DNA of 59,061 bases from a virus. Lineage: Duplodnaviria > Caudoviricetes. Below the pieces are notes generated by a model, which saw nothing but the letters and a program-made list of their open reading frames with translations, had not been told where the DNA came from and searched no databases. The translations under genes were made by a program, and so were the position numbers. Where the stretch lies: IMG/VR virus record IMGVR_UViG_3300045284_000289, positions 1 through 59,061 of that record; one strand, written 5' to 3'. This document shows positions 24,934 to 34,971 of the stretch, piece after piece (position 1 is the stretch's first letter; each line of letters opens with the position of its first letter).

Positions 24934-25132
24934 CGGGTGGGTGGCGGCGGGTGGCTTCCCACGCGGCGACGTCGTCGGCGGCGTAGAGCACGCGGCGCCC
25001 GATGCGGGTCCCGGCGGGTCCGGTTCCGATCTGCCGCCAGTAACGGATGGTGCTCAGCCGGGTTCGGAATCTTTCGGCCAACTCTTCCGACGTGTAGTAG
25101 ATGATTTCCCGCTCGGGTTCGTTAACGGTCAT
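24926..25132 (-). CDS. MerR-like / excisionase (Xis/AlpA/BldC-type) HTH protein
   Basis: YYTSEELAERFRTRLSTIRYWRQIGTGP..RIGRRVLY..DDVAAW. Confidence 0.85.
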   Translation of the reverse strand: MTVNEPEREIIYYTSEELAERFRTRLSTIRYWRQIGTGPAGTRIGRRVLYAADDVAAWEATRRHPPVT

Positions 25133-25290
25133 AAACGAATAATGACGGACGTTCACGGCTATTACCAGCCCCACCGGACAGGTGCTCCGGTTACGGTGTG
25201 GCAACCATGGTGACCTGCGGTTTATCGCTGTACCTTCGCGGATGTGACCCGCTGCGACCGTTTCGATAACGCTCTCGGAACGAGGGCGCC

Positions 25291-25476
25291 ATGCGGTCAC
25301 GACTAGCTCTCTTGGGTCGATGGTCCATTCGGGTGCGTACCGCTATTTTCACGCTCGGCGGATTCGGTGCGCTCACCGCCGCCGCGTGGACCTGGCTCGG
25401 TACATCAGCGGGCCTGGCAGCCACCGGCGCGTCGCTGCTGATCATCGAGGTCCTGGCCGGCGGTGACCGCCGATGA
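25291..25476 (+). CDS. Small membrane protein preceding the portal
   Basis: Two TM segments; ATGA overlap with the portal gene. Confidence 0.7.
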   Translation: MRSRLALLGRWSIRVRTAIFTLGGFGALTAAAWTWLGTSAGLAATGASLLIIEVLAGGDRR

Positions 25477-27857
25477 GGTCCCCCCTGGCCACCCTCGCCC
25501 GCGCCGTACGCAACCTCGGGCCGCCGCCGCTGACCGCGACCCGTGCTGGCGCCCGCACGGGACTGTTCGCCGCCCGCCGGGGTGAGGCACCGCTGGCCAT
25601 GATGGAGCTGGTCTCCACCGTGTTCGCCGTGGTGACCCGGCTGGCCAACTCCACCGCCCGGTCGGACTGGACGCTGTACCGCATGGCCGCGTCCGGCCTG
25701 GACGACGACCGTGTCCCGGTCGCGTCCCACGCCGTGATCGACCTGGTCACCACACCGAACCCGTTTCAGACGAGGTTCGAGGTGATGGAGGTGGGGCAGC
25801 AGCACCTTGAGCTGGCAGGCAAGGCGTGCATCGTGGTGGCCCGGTCCGGGCAGTACGGGCGCGGGACCCGCGCGGGTGACCTCCCTTTGGAGCTGTGGCC
25901 GGTGCGGCCGGACCGGATCTTCCCCATCCCGGACGTCAAAGAGTTCCAGGTCGGGTGGATGTACACCAGCCCGGACGGTGAGGAGATCAGGCTCGGCCTG
26001 GACGAGGTGCTGTGCATGCGCACCCCGGACCCGCGCGACCCCTATGGGTCGCTGTCGCCGGTGCAGTCGCTGATGACGGACCTGGAGTCGGCCCGCTACT
26101 CGGCGATGTGGAACCGGAACTTTTTTATCAACGGGGCCCAGCCGGGCGGGATCGTCACCGTCGAGCAGCGGCTGTCGGATGACGAGTACGACGAGATGAC
26201 CATGCGGTGGCGTGAGCAGCACCAGGGCGTGGCGAACGCTCACAGAGTCGCGATCCTGGAACGCGCCACCTACACGGAAACGAAGATCACCCAGCGTGAC
26301 ATGCAGTTCGTCGAACTGCGGAACGTGTCGCGGGAGATGATCCGCGAAGCGTGGCAGATGCCGAAGTTCGCTCTGGGCGATATCGACGACGTCAACCGGG
26401 CGACCGCCGAAGCGAGCGCGGACTGGTTCGGGCGGGAGCTGACCAGCCCCCGACTCGACCGGTGGAAAGAGCTCCTGAACACCCGGCTGCTGCCGATGTA
26501 CGGGCCCACCACTAGGGGCCTGGAGTTCGACTACGCGCCGGTCGTCAGCAAGGACCAGACGGCGGAGAACGACGATTTGGCCGCGCGGGTGGGGATCGCG
26601 CAGGGCCTCTACGACCTGGGTATGGAGTGGGCGGACGCGCTGAAGACGGCGGGTCTACCGCCGATGCCGCAACGCATCGAGGTCACCGAACCGGCCCCGG
26701 ACACATCGATCGACACCACGCCTGAGGATCCTCGGGACAGCGCTGACCGTGCGCTGGTCGAGGCGTTGCAGAAGATGTATCTAGCGGTCGGGCCGGTGAT
26801 CAACTCGCAGGAGGCGCGGGGGATCGCGAACCGGTTCGGCGCTGGCCTGGACCCCGCCCTGGATCCGTCCCCCGACCCCGCGCCGGCCGCGCCGGTGATC
26901 CCGGTGGGCGGGCAGCAGCCGCCCGAGGACCCTGCCGGTACCGAGGGCGGACCAACTGACTCGGGCGGGCCGCCGCCCGCACCACAGAACCTACCGAACT
27001 CCACCGATGCGCTGGCCCTGGCCCACAGGGTGACCGAGCTACTCGACCTGGCCCGCGGTCGCCCCCGTAACGCCGACGACCCCCCCGACGACCCGGCCGC
27101 CGCCGAGTCCGTGGACCTGCAACCCGTCCAAGACGACTGGGAAACCGCGCTGGACGCCTTGCTGGCGGTGTGGGCCGCGTCGGTGGTGGCCGAGTGGATC
27201 TCGGACCTGGCCGAGCAGATCGCGGACGTCCTGCGCTCCGGGGTGCTGACCGGGCTGGCCGACCTGCGGCTGGTCACCGACACCGCGGTCAACAGGGTGT
27301 TGAACGCGATGCACGACCTGGCCGAACGGGCCGCTCGGCGCGTGGTGGACGAGGCCGCCGCCCAGGACGTCGAGGTCAAGGCCGCCGCGCCCCCGAAAGA
27401 GGAGTTCCGCGACCGGGCCACGGTGACGGTGGACCTGCTGGCGGACGGCCTGAAGATCTCCGCCGCGCGGGAGGCGTCCCGGCGGGCCGGCCCGGACGCG
27501 GATCCGGACGCGGTCGCCGGGCAGGTCCGGGAGCACCTGGAGACCCTGACCGACGCTGAACCAGCCAAGCAGTTGGGGGCGGCGTTGACGGGGGCGCAGA
27601 ACACCGGCCGGGTGGAGACCCTGCGGAAGGCCCCGTCCGGCGCGATCTACGCCAGCGAGGTGCTCGACACGAACACCTGCGCGCCATGCCGGGCGATTCA
27701 CGGCCGGTGGATCTGCAACACCGACGACCTGGCGCCGCTGTACAAGCTCTATCCGGTGGGGGGCTATGTGGACTGTCTGGGGCGGGAGCGTTGTCGCGGC
27801 ACGTTTGTGGGTGTGTGGCGGCCCAAGACTGTGGGTGGGGACGGTGATGGTCAGTGA
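25473..27857 (+). CDS. HK97-type portal protein fused to a MuF-like head morphogenesis domain
   Basis: GSLSPV, RNFFINGAQPGGI, DMQFVE; Pro-rich linker; C-terminal DTNTCAPC...DCLGRERCRG. Confidence 0.9.
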   Translation: MRSPLATLARAVRNLGPPPLTATRAGARTGLFAARRGEAPLAMMELVSTVFAVVTRLANSTARSDWTLYRMAASGLDDDRVPVASHAVIDLVTTPNPFQTRFEVMEVGQQHLELAGKACIVVARSGQYGRGTRAGDLPLELWPVRPDRIFPIPDVKEFQVGWMYTSPDGEEIRLGLDEVLCMRTPDPRDPYGSLSPVQSLMTDLESARYSAMWNRNFFINGAQPGGIVTVEQRLSDDEYDEMTMRWREQHQGVANAHRVAILERATYTETKITQRDMQFVELRNVSREMIREAWQMPKFALGDIDDVNRATAEASADWFGRELTSPRLDRWKELLNTRLLPMYGPTTRGLEFDYAPVVSKDQTAENDDLAARVGIAQGLYDLGMEWADALKTAGLPPMPQRIEVTEPAPDTSIDTTPEDPRDSADRALVEALQKMYLAVGPVINSQEARGIANRFGAGLDPALDPSPDPAPAAPVIPVGGQQPPEDPAGTEGGPTDSGGPPPAPQNLPNSTDALALAHRVTELLDLARGRPRNADDPPDDPAAAESVDLQPVQDDWETALDALLAVWAASVVAEWISDLAEQIADVLRSGVLTGLADLRLVTDTAVNRVLNAMHDLAERAARRVVDEAAAQDVEVKAAAPPKEEFRDRATVTVDLLADGLKISAAREASRRAGPDADPDAVAGQVREHLETLTDAEPAKQLGAALTGAQNTGRVETLRKAPSGAIYASEVLDTNTCAPCRAIHGRWICNTDDLAPLYKLYPVGGYVDCLGRERCRGTFVGVWRPKTVGGDGDGQ

Positions 27858-28741
27858 ACCTGGATCAGCGGGTGTGGAAGTTGTTGCGTGCGCGGGATTC
27901 CCGTCCGCGCCCGACAGCGTTCCAACCCTCCAAACTGTCCATTGTGGACTACGACGGTGGGCCGTCGGAACTGCTGCTGTACATGGAGATCGGGTACTGG
28001 GGGATCACCGCCCAGGACGTCGCCGACCAACTCCAAGGCCGCCGTGGCGACCTACACGTACGCGTGAACTCCCCTGGCGGGGACGTGTTCGACGGGTACG
28101 CCATCTACAACATGCTCTCCGCCTACGACGGGGCCGTCACGGTCACCATCGAGGGCCTGGCCGCCAGCGCCGCGAGTTTCATCGCCATGGCCGGCGACAC
28201 GATCGAGATGTGCCTGGCGTCGCAGATGATGATCCACGACGCGTCCGGCATGTGCATCGGCACTGAAGACGAGACGCGGGAGTGGGCCGACGTGCTGGGC
28301 AGTATCTCCACCACGATCGCCGCGGTGTACGCCGAACGCGCCGGGGGGGAGCCCGAGGAGTGGCGCGCGGTGATGCGGGCCGAGAGGTGGTACAGCCCCC
28401 AGCAGGCGGTGGACGCGGGCCTGGCCGACGTGGTCCTGGCCCCGAACCGGGTCACCACACCACCGCCGCCTGCTGAGCCGGATGAGGACGCCCCGGGTGA
28501 GGAGACGGCAGGCATGCGGGCCGCGCCGGCCGTCGTCGCTACCACCGAACCCGAACCTGAACCCGTGGTCGAGCCGGTGGCCGAACCCGAACCCACCACC
28601 ACCACCACCGACAGCACCACCGTCGGTGACACGTCAACAACCAGCGACGCGTGGGCCGCGATGCGCACCCGTCTACTCCAACCCGCACCGTCCACGGTGG
28701 ACGCGCTGCTGAAAGCACTGCTACAGAAAGGAAAAGCGTGA
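27854..28741 (+). CDS. ClpP-like prohead protease
   Basis: VRVNSPGGDVFDG, GLAASAASFIAMAGD, MMIHDA. Confidence 0.93.
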   Translation: MNLDQRVWKLLRARDSRPRPTAFQPSKLSIVDYDGGPSELLLYMEIGYWGITAQDVADQLQGRRGDLHVRVNSPGGDVFDGYAIYNMLSAYDGAVTVTIEGLAASAASFIAMAGDTIEMCLASQMMIHDASGMCIGTEDETREWADVLGSISTTIAAVYAERAGGEPEEWRAVMRAERWYSPQQAVDAGLADVVLAPNRVTTPPPPAEPDEDAPGEETAGMRAAPAVVATTEPEPEPVVEPVAEPEPTTTTTDSTTVGDTSTTSDAWAAMRTRLLQPAPSTVDALLKALLQKGKA

Positions 28742-30132
28742 TGACGCGGACGCTCATTCCACCGAAGAACGTGCCCATCCCCAAGAACTCGGACGAACTA
28801 GCCGAGATGCTCGGCGACCCCGGCAAGCTGGAACCGATCGTCACCAACGCCGAATCACTGGCCGGGTTCATCGACGCGTACGCCCAGCAGCAGCAAGGCG
28901 AAGGCACCGACCTGCACCGCATGGTCGAAGCCGAAACCCAGAAGCAGATGGCCGACTACCTGCGGGAGAAGGACGTCGACGGCGACAACACCGACCGCAT
29001 CAACCGCCTGAACCTGTCCCCCCAGGCCGGCAAGAAGTCGTCCATGCTCACTTCCTACGGGCAGGGAGCACGGCACAACCAGTACGCCCCGGGCGCGGTC
29101 CTCGATGCTGAGTTCCGGACCGCGGTGGACTACCTGGAAACGATCTGGCACCTGAACGAGGCGCCCGCCGCCCTGGCCAAGCGGTCGGCCATCAAGAACG
29201 CCGCCAGCTCGGTGTCCCCCGCCGACGGCGGGTTCCTGGTTCCGGAGACCCTGCGCAGCCAGCTACTGGAAATCGCGCTGGAGGTGGCGGTGGTCCGGTC
29301 GCGGGCCACGGTCGTGCCGATGGACTCCGCGCGGGTGCCGTTCCCGATGATCGACGTCACCTCGAACGCGTCCTCGCTGTACGGCGGGATGATCGCTTAC
29401 TGGGGTGAGGAGTCCGCGGCACTGGTCGACGCCAGCCCGAAGTTCGGCAGGGTCGAACTGGACGCGAAGAAACTCACCGGCCTGTCGGTCGTCCCGAACG
29501 AACTGTTGCAGGACAGCATCGTGTCGTTCTCGGCGTTGATCGAACGCCTGTGGCCGTTGACGTTGGCGTTCGAAGAGGACGCGAAGTTCATGGGCGGCAC
29601 CGGTGTGGGTGAGCCGCTGGGGTTCCTCGGCGCCGCGAACACTGCCTCGATCGCTGTTGCAGCCGAATCCGGGCAGGGCGCGGACACGATCCTGTACGAG
29701 AACATCGTGAAGATGTACGCGCGGATGCTGCCGTCCAGCCTGAACAAGGGTGTGTGGCTGATCTCGCCGGACACCATCCCCGAGCTGTACACCATGGCCC
29801 TGTCCGTCGGTACCGGCGGCAACTCGGTGTTCGTGGCGAACGCGGCGGGTCCCGGCCCGCAGACCCTGTTCGGGCGTCCGATCGTGATCACCGAGAAGGC
29901 CAGCAAGATCGGTGACCTGGGTGACATCAACTTTGTGGACTTGTCCTACTACCTGGTCGGTGACCGGCAGTCCATGTCCGCCAGCAGCAGCACTGACTGG
30001 AAATTCGGCAACGATCAGACGGCGTTCCGGATCATCCAGCGCGTCGACGGCCGCCCGTGGATCCAGTCCGCGGTCACCCCGAAGAACGGCGGCAACCCCT
30101 TGTCGCCGTTCGTGTCCCTCGCGGCACGGTAA
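28741..30132 (+). CDS. Major capsid protein (HK97 fold)
   Basis: DGGFLVPE, WGEES, KKLTGL..ELLQDS, GTGVGEPLG, TLFGRPI. Confidence 0.95.
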   Translation: MTRTLIPPKNVPIPKNSDELAEMLGDPGKLEPIVTNAESLAGFIDAYAQQQQGEGTDLHRMVEAETQKQMADYLREKDVDGDNTDRINRLNLSPQAGKKSSMLTSYGQGARHNQYAPGAVLDAEFRTAVDYLETIWHLNEAPAALAKRSAIKNAASSVSPADGGFLVPETLRSQLLEIALEVAVVRSRATVVPMDSARVPFPMIDVTSNASSLYGGMIAYWGEESAALVDASPKFGRVELDAKKLTGLSVVPNELLQDSIVSFSALIERLWPLTLAFEEDAKFMGGTGVGEPLGFLGAANTASIAVAAESGQGADTILYENIVKMYARMLPSSLNKGVWLISPDTIPELYTMALSVGTGGNSVFVANAAGPGPQTLFGRPIVITEKASKIGDLGDINFVDLSYYLVGDRQSMSASSSTDWKFGNDQTAFRIIQRVDGRPWIQSAVTPKNGGNPLSPFVSLAAR

Positions 30133-30231
30133 CCAGTCGGCCGGCGCCGGCATTCACTCCCCGGCGTCGGCTTCTCCCGGGCCGGCAGTGTCGCCCCGGC
30201 AAACGGAATCACTGACAGGAAGGAAAACCTG

Positions 30232-30669
30232 ATGGCGCAGAAGGCATTGGGGCGACTGATCAACGTCACATCGGCTGCGGACGGTGTGTGGATCAACCTC
30301 AAGGACGCGGGCGGGATCCTGTTCTCCTGTTTCCTGGCCGCGGCGGCCGGGGACACGTACACGTTGCAGGAAGCCAAGGACGCGGCCGGGACCGGCGCGC
30401 AGAACTTGGCGTGCATCACCGAGTACCACACCAACACCGGCAACGCCACGGACACGTGGACGCGGCGTACGCAGGCGGCGGCCGCGACGGTGGTCACGGC
30501 GGCGGCGGCGACCCAGAACGCCATGGTGGTCGAGGTCGAGGGCACGCAACTCAGTGACACGTACAAGTTCGTGAAGCTCACGTCGACGGGCGCCGGCCTG
30601 GTCACCGCGTGCACGCGTGACCTGAACGTCGCGCGTGCGGCGGCGAACCTGCCCGCAATGGGGGTCTGA
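30232..30669 (+). CDS. Putative capsid decoration / structural protein
   Basis: Follows the MCP; Ala/Thr-rich beta protein; AGGAAGG RBS. Confidence 0.7.
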   Translation: MAQKALGRLINVTSAADGVWINLKDAGGILFSCFLAAAAGDTYTLQEAKDAAGTGAQNLACITEYHTNTGNATDTWTRRTQAAAATVVTAAAATQNAMVVEVEGTQLSDTYKFVKLTSTGAGLVTACTRDLNVARAAANLPAMGV

Positions 30670-30671
30670 CC

Positions 30672-31121
30672 ATGTCGGTGCTCATCCAGGGCGACCAGCT
30701 ACGCACTGTCGTGCTCGGTAACCGGGTGGAGAAGTCCACCGGGACACTCGCCGCCACCACGATCCCGCTGTTCACCATCACGGGTGGTCTGGTCGCGGTC
30801 ACGTCCCTCACCGGTCGGGTGACCACCGCGGTCACCGTGGCCAACTCCTACAAGCTGCAACACAACCCCACCGCCGGGACCACTGTGGACCTGTGTGCCG
30901 CGACGGACATCGGCACCACCGACACCGTCCTCGGGGAGATCCTGGTGGTGTCCGGGGTGAAGGCCACCGGGCTCGTGGTCGGCGCGGCGCCGCGTGTGGT
31001 GTCCGCCGTGGTCATGGATGTCGGGCAGATCGAGTCCGTGTCCGCGGGGACGGACGGCGTCATCCTCTGGTCGCTGACCTACGTGCCGGTGGACAACGGC
31101 GCGTCGATCGTGGCGGCCTGA
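30672..31121 (+). CDS. Putative virion structural protein
   Basis: Thr/Val-rich; head module position. Confidence 0.7.
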   Translation: MSVLIQGDQLRTVVLGNRVEKSTGTLAATTIPLFTITGGLVAVTSLTGRVTTAVTVANSYKLQHNPTAGTTVDLCAATDIGTTDTVLGEILVVSGVKATGLVVGAAPRVVSAVVMDVGQIESVSAGTDGVILWSLTYVPVDNGASIVAA

Positions 31122-31123
31122 CC

Positions 31124-31711
31124 ATGTCGTTGGTGGTGTGCGAGGCGTGTTCCACCCGGTACCCGCCGGATGTGGAGCACTGCCCGCAGTGCGGGTCGGG
31201 TGCGGCGGTCGCGGAAGAGGTGGCCGAGCAGCGGCGGCCGCTGTTGGCGGTCCGGGTGGTGGCCTGTGTGAACACCGCGTGCCCGGCGGTGGGGATCGCG
31301 CGGCGGATCCCGTTGCGGCACGCCGGCCCGGGCGTGTTCGAACGGCCGATGTTGGTGTGCGCGCGGTGCCGGCACGAGATGGCGGATGTCGAGACGACCG
31401 AGGAGGAGGACAGCGTGGCGAAGATTTCGGCGCACGGCGGCCCCACGGACGCGAACGCGGACGACGCGGACCAGGCCGTTGACCCTGAGCAGGCCGAGCA
31501 GGTGGAGCTGGCGGCGGGTGAGGACGCCGGCGGTGACGACGCTAGCGGTGACGACGAGCAGCTGGTCGCGGACTACGAAGCGTGGACGGTGGAGCAGCTA
31601 CGGGCCGAGCTGGGCGAGCGCGGCGAAGCGACCACGGGGAAGAAGGCCGAGCTGATCGAGCGGCTCACCGACGCTGACGACCGGAACGCACCTGTCACCG
31701 AGAACAGCTGA
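31124..31711 (+). CDS. Zn-ribbon + acidic linker + SAP-domain protein
   Basis: CEAC..CPQC; WTVEQLRAELGERGEATTGKKAELIERL. Confidence 0.75.
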   Translation: MSLVVCEACSTRYPPDVEHCPQCGSGAAVAEEVAEQRRPLLAVRVVACVNTACPAVGIARRIPLRHAGPGVFERPMLVCARCRHEMADVETTEEEDSVAKISAHGGPTDANADDADQAVDPEQAEQVELAAGEDAGGDDASGDDEQLVADYEAWTVEQLRAELGERGEATTGKKAELIERLTDADDRNAPVTENS

Positions 31712-31717
31712 CCTGCC

Positions 31718-31891
31718 ATGTCCTGGCAACAGCTGCTCGCCATCTCGCGGGAACGGGTCGCGCTGTACCGGGATGAACGGTCCCGCCCGCCGGTCGCGTG
31801 CCCGAACGACGGTGAACCGCTGATCACCGGTCCTCAGGGGCAGTTGCACTGCCCGGTCGACGGGTGGGAGCCGGACGGGACATGGCCTTGA
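31718..31891 (+). CDS. Small Cys-containing protein, not in the ORF track
   Basis: MSWQQLLAI...ACPNDGEPL...LHCPVDGW. Confidence 0.65.
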   Translation: MSWQQLLAISRERVALYRDERSRPPVACPNDGEPLITGPQGQLHCPVDGWEPDGTWP

Positions 31892-32038
31892 GCAGGTGCG
31901 CGCCGTCGGCCACATGAAGGGGCGGGCCGGCGGCGTGCACCACCACAACTGCTGCACCCAACAGAACAGAGCTAGTTACCCGGGGCGGCACGGTGTGTGG
32001 CCCCTAGGCCAGAAAGCAAGGCAAGGGGACACCAGCGC

Positions 32039-33085
32039 ATGAGCTACTTCCTGACCACCAGGGAGGAGGTGAAAACCTCCCTGGACATCCGTGAGACCGC
32101 GCGCGCGAACGCGCAGGTCGATCGGTTGAACGCGGCGGCCACCGACTCGGTGGAAGGACTGGTGAAGCGGGGCCTCGTTCCGGTCCTGGACACGCGGACG
32201 TTTGATTGGCCGGACGAACAGGCACGTGGGGTCGCGCCGTGGCGTATCTGGCTGAACCAAAACACGATGATCTCGCTGGAGAGCGCCGCGTCGGGGGGTG
32301 TCGCCATCCCCCCCGGGAACGTGTTGTTGCGGCCGGACTGGGGGCCGCCGTTCACGCGGGTGGAGTTGGACCGGTCGACCAGCGCGGTGTTCGGCGGCGG
32401 TGCGACCCCGCAACGGTCGGTGAGCCTGACCGCGCTGTGGGGCGACCGCGACGACACCGCACCCGCAGGGGCGTTGGCCGCCGCGGTCGCCACGTCCACG
32501 GTCGCCACGGTCACGGTCACGAACGCCGCGTTGATCGGGGTGGGTCAGCTGATCCGGGTGGACGACGAGCGGCTGACGGTGACCGACCGAGCGTCGGTGG
32601 TGACGGGGACGACGGTGGTGGGGGCGCTCACGGCGAGCGTGGCGAACACGTCCGTGCCGGTGGTGTCGGGGGCGGCGGTGAACATCGGCGAGATGATCAC
32701 GGTGGGGTCCGAGCGGATGATGGTCGACGACATCACCGGCAACAGTCTGGTGGTGCGGCGGGCGTGTGACGGGTCGGTGCTGGCGTCGCATTCCAACGGT
32801 GCCGCGGTCTACGCCCAACGGTTGTTGACGGTTCAACGAGGCGTGGCGGGGACCACCGCCGCCACCCACCTCACCGCCACCACCATCACGAAGTGGATGC
32901 CGCGCGGGCTGCTGTCCCAACTAGCCCGCGCCTACATCATGGTCGGCATCCAGGACGAGTCGGCCGGGTATGCGCGGGTCGCCGGCGCGGAAGGCGCGGC
33001 CGGGAAACTCGGCGAACGGCTCGCCACGCTGGAAGCCCGCGCCCTGGAGACGTTCGGTCGCCGCGCCCGGTTCCGGGCGGTGTGA
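32039..33085 (+). CDS. Head-to-tail adaptor-like protein with duplicated beta domain
   Basis: Position; repeats LIRVDDERLTVT / MITVGSERMMVD and RGVAGTTAATH. Confidence 0.7.
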   Translation: MSYFLTTREEVKTSLDIRETARANAQVDRLNAAATDSVEGLVKRGLVPVLDTRTFDWPDEQARGVAPWRIWLNQNTMISLESAASGGVAIPPGNVLLRPDWGPPFTRVELDRSTSAVFGGGATPQRSVSLTALWGDRDDTAPAGALAAAVATSTVATVTVTNAALIGVGQLIRVDDERLTVTDRASVVTGTTVVGALTASVANTSVPVVSGAAVNIGEMITVGSERMMVDDITGNSLVVRRACDGSVLASHSNGAAVYAQRLLTVQRGVAGTTAATHLTATTITKWMPRGLLSQLARAYIMVGIQDESAGYARVAGAEGAAGKLGERLATLEARALETFGRRARFRAV

Positions 33086-33086
33086 C

Positions 33087-33479
33087 GTGTACACCATCGA
33101 GGTCGAAACCAGCGGGCCGCTGTTCGACGGCCGATGGCAACCGGCCCTCGATGATTTCGTCACCGAAGCGGTCCAGGAAGTCGGCGCCCAGGCGCTGGCG
33201 AACTGGCACACGTTCCTGAACATCAACCTCCAGCACCCCACCCCGTACTACGAGACCCAGCTGGTCAGCGAGCTGGTCGCCGCGGACCTGGACATCGTGT
33301 CCGACCGGGGCATCATCTACGGCCCCTGGCTGGAAGGCACCGGCAGCCGCAACGAAACCACCAGGTTCAAGGGGTACGCATCCGCCCGCAAGGCGACCCA
33401 ACAGCTCGAAGGCCAAATCGACCAGGTCCTGATCCCGGTGGTGGCGCGCCTCACCCGCCGCCTGAACGGGGAGGGCTGA
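33087..33479 (+). CDS. Neck / tail completion protein
   Basis: IIYGPWLEGTGSRNETTRFKGY; position. Confidence 0.7.
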   Translation: MYTIEVETSGPLFDGRWQPALDDFVTEAVQEVGAQALANWHTFLNINLQHPTPYYETQLVSELVAADLDIVSDRGIIYGPWLEGTGSRNETTRFKGYASARKATQQLEGQIDQVLIPVVARLTRRLNGEG

Positions 33480-33482
33480 GCG

Positions 33483-34724
33483 ATGGCTGTCGGCTGGAAC
33501 GGCCCCGACCCGGTCGCGGACATCGACGCGACCGCCTACGAGCTGGGCACCGAGTACCTGGTCAACGCCGACATCACGGTCACCGGTGTGCGGATCTGGG
33601 CGGACGTCTCCGAGATCAACCTGGCCGGCCGGACCGCGACGATCTGGACCACCGGCGGCGGGGTGCTGGCCACGGTCAGCCTGCCCAACGACCTGCCGAC
33701 CGGGTGGACGGTCTTCGACCTGGCGGCGCCGCTGCCGCGCCTGGCCGGGTCCCGCATGGTCGTGTCCTACGGCACCGGCGGTAACGAGGGCGCCGCGGTG
33801 CACGCCCTGGACTCCGATGTGGTGTCGGCGGACGGGGCGGTCACCGCCGTGTCAGCCGGCGGCGCGACCGGCGGCCGCAACGGACGTTTCCACGTCGGCG
33901 CCGGCGTGTTCCCCACCGCCGGCAACAACAGCAACGCGTTCTACGGCGCGGACATCTCCTACACGGTGGGGATCGGCGGGAACACGCCGCCGGTCGTGAC
34001 CGCCGTGGACCTTATCGACGTCGCCGGGACGGTGACCGCGACCGCGCACGTGACCGACGCGGAGACCCTGGTCGGGTCCACGATCCGGATCGACTGGGGC
34101 GACGGCACCACGGTCAGCACGCTGAACTGGCCGACCGTCACCGCCACCCACACCTACGACGCGTCCGGGCTGTACCCGGTGCTGGTGTCCTGCACCGACG
34201 CGGACAGCGCCACCGGGTACCGGGCCGGCGCGGTCCAGGTCACCGTCCCCGCTGACCTCCCCGACGACGGGTTCGACGTGGTCGCGATCCTGGACGGCAT
34301 CACCTCCCACGCCGCCGCGTTGGGGCCGTTCGAGTCGGTGGTGACCCACGAACCCAAGGCGGCTGTGGCCGGCGGGTTGACGGGCGCGGTGTGGGTGAAC
34401 CAAATCGATTTGATCCCCTCGTTCTCCGGGTTGGCCGAGTCGGCGGTGCGTGTCCAGTTCGTGCTTCGCTTGTACGACAACATGTTGCGCGAACCGCAGG
34501 ACTCGATCGACCCGGACATGACCCGGGTCATCAACGACCTTTTCGTTGCCTACCACCAGGATTTCACGCTCGGCGGTTTGGTCACCGAGATTGACCTGTT
34601 GGGGGAATACGGGGAAGGCCTGTACGCGCGCACCGGATACATCAGGCAGGACAACAAGTTGATGCGTGCGATGTCCATCTATCTACCGGTGATCGTCGCG
34701 GCGGCGTTCACCCAACACGAGTAG
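33483..34724 (+). CDS. DUF4082 + PKD/Ig domains fused to a tail-terminator-like domain
   Basis: YELGTEY..VTGVRIW (DUF4082-like); IDWGDG..THTYDASG (PKD); C-terminal HEPK..EPQDSIDP..DFTLGGLV. Confidence 0.7.
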   Translation: MAVGWNGPDPVADIDATAYELGTEYLVNADITVTGVRIWADVSEINLAGRTATIWTTGGGVLATVSLPNDLPTGWTVFDLAAPLPRLAGSRMVVSYGTGGNEGAAVHALDSDVVSADGAVTAVSAGGATGGRNGRFHVGAGVFPTAGNNSNAFYGADISYTVGIGGNTPPVVTAVDLIDVAGTVTATAHVTDAETLVGSTIRIDWGDGTTVSTLNWPTVTATHTYDASGLYPVLVSCTDADSATGYRAGAVQVTVPADLPDDGFDVVAILDGITSHAAALGPFESVVTHEPKAAVAGGLTGAVWVNQIDLIPSFSGLAESAVRVQFVLRLYDNMLREPQDSIDPDMTRVINDLFVAYHQDFTLGGLVTEIDLLGEYGEGLYARTGYIRQDNKLMRAMSIYLPVIVAAAFTQHE

Positions 34725-34734
34725 GAGCCGCGCC

Positions 34735-34971
34735 GTGACCGCGTTCGCTGACAGGCACCCCGGGGTGCAGCATTTCGAGGCGCTGTTCGCCACTGAGCAC
34801 CTCCCGCCGCACCTGGCGGAGATCTCCGCTGAGTTCCGGGACGTCGCCGAGTCCATGCTCGATCACTTTCCCACCGACGGTCAGGAGTTGACGACGGGGT
34901 TACGGAAGCTGTTGGAGGCCAAGGACTGTTTCGTGCGGCACGCGGTCCTCACCACGGTTAAGGATGCGTGA
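34735..34971 (+). CDS. Conserved small phage protein
   Basis: HLPPHL...ELTTGLRKLLEAKDCFVR. Confidence 0.75.
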   Translation: MTAFADRHPGVQHFEALFATEHLPPHLAEISAEFRDVAESMLDHFPTDGQELTTGLRKLLEAKDCFVRHAVLTTVKDA

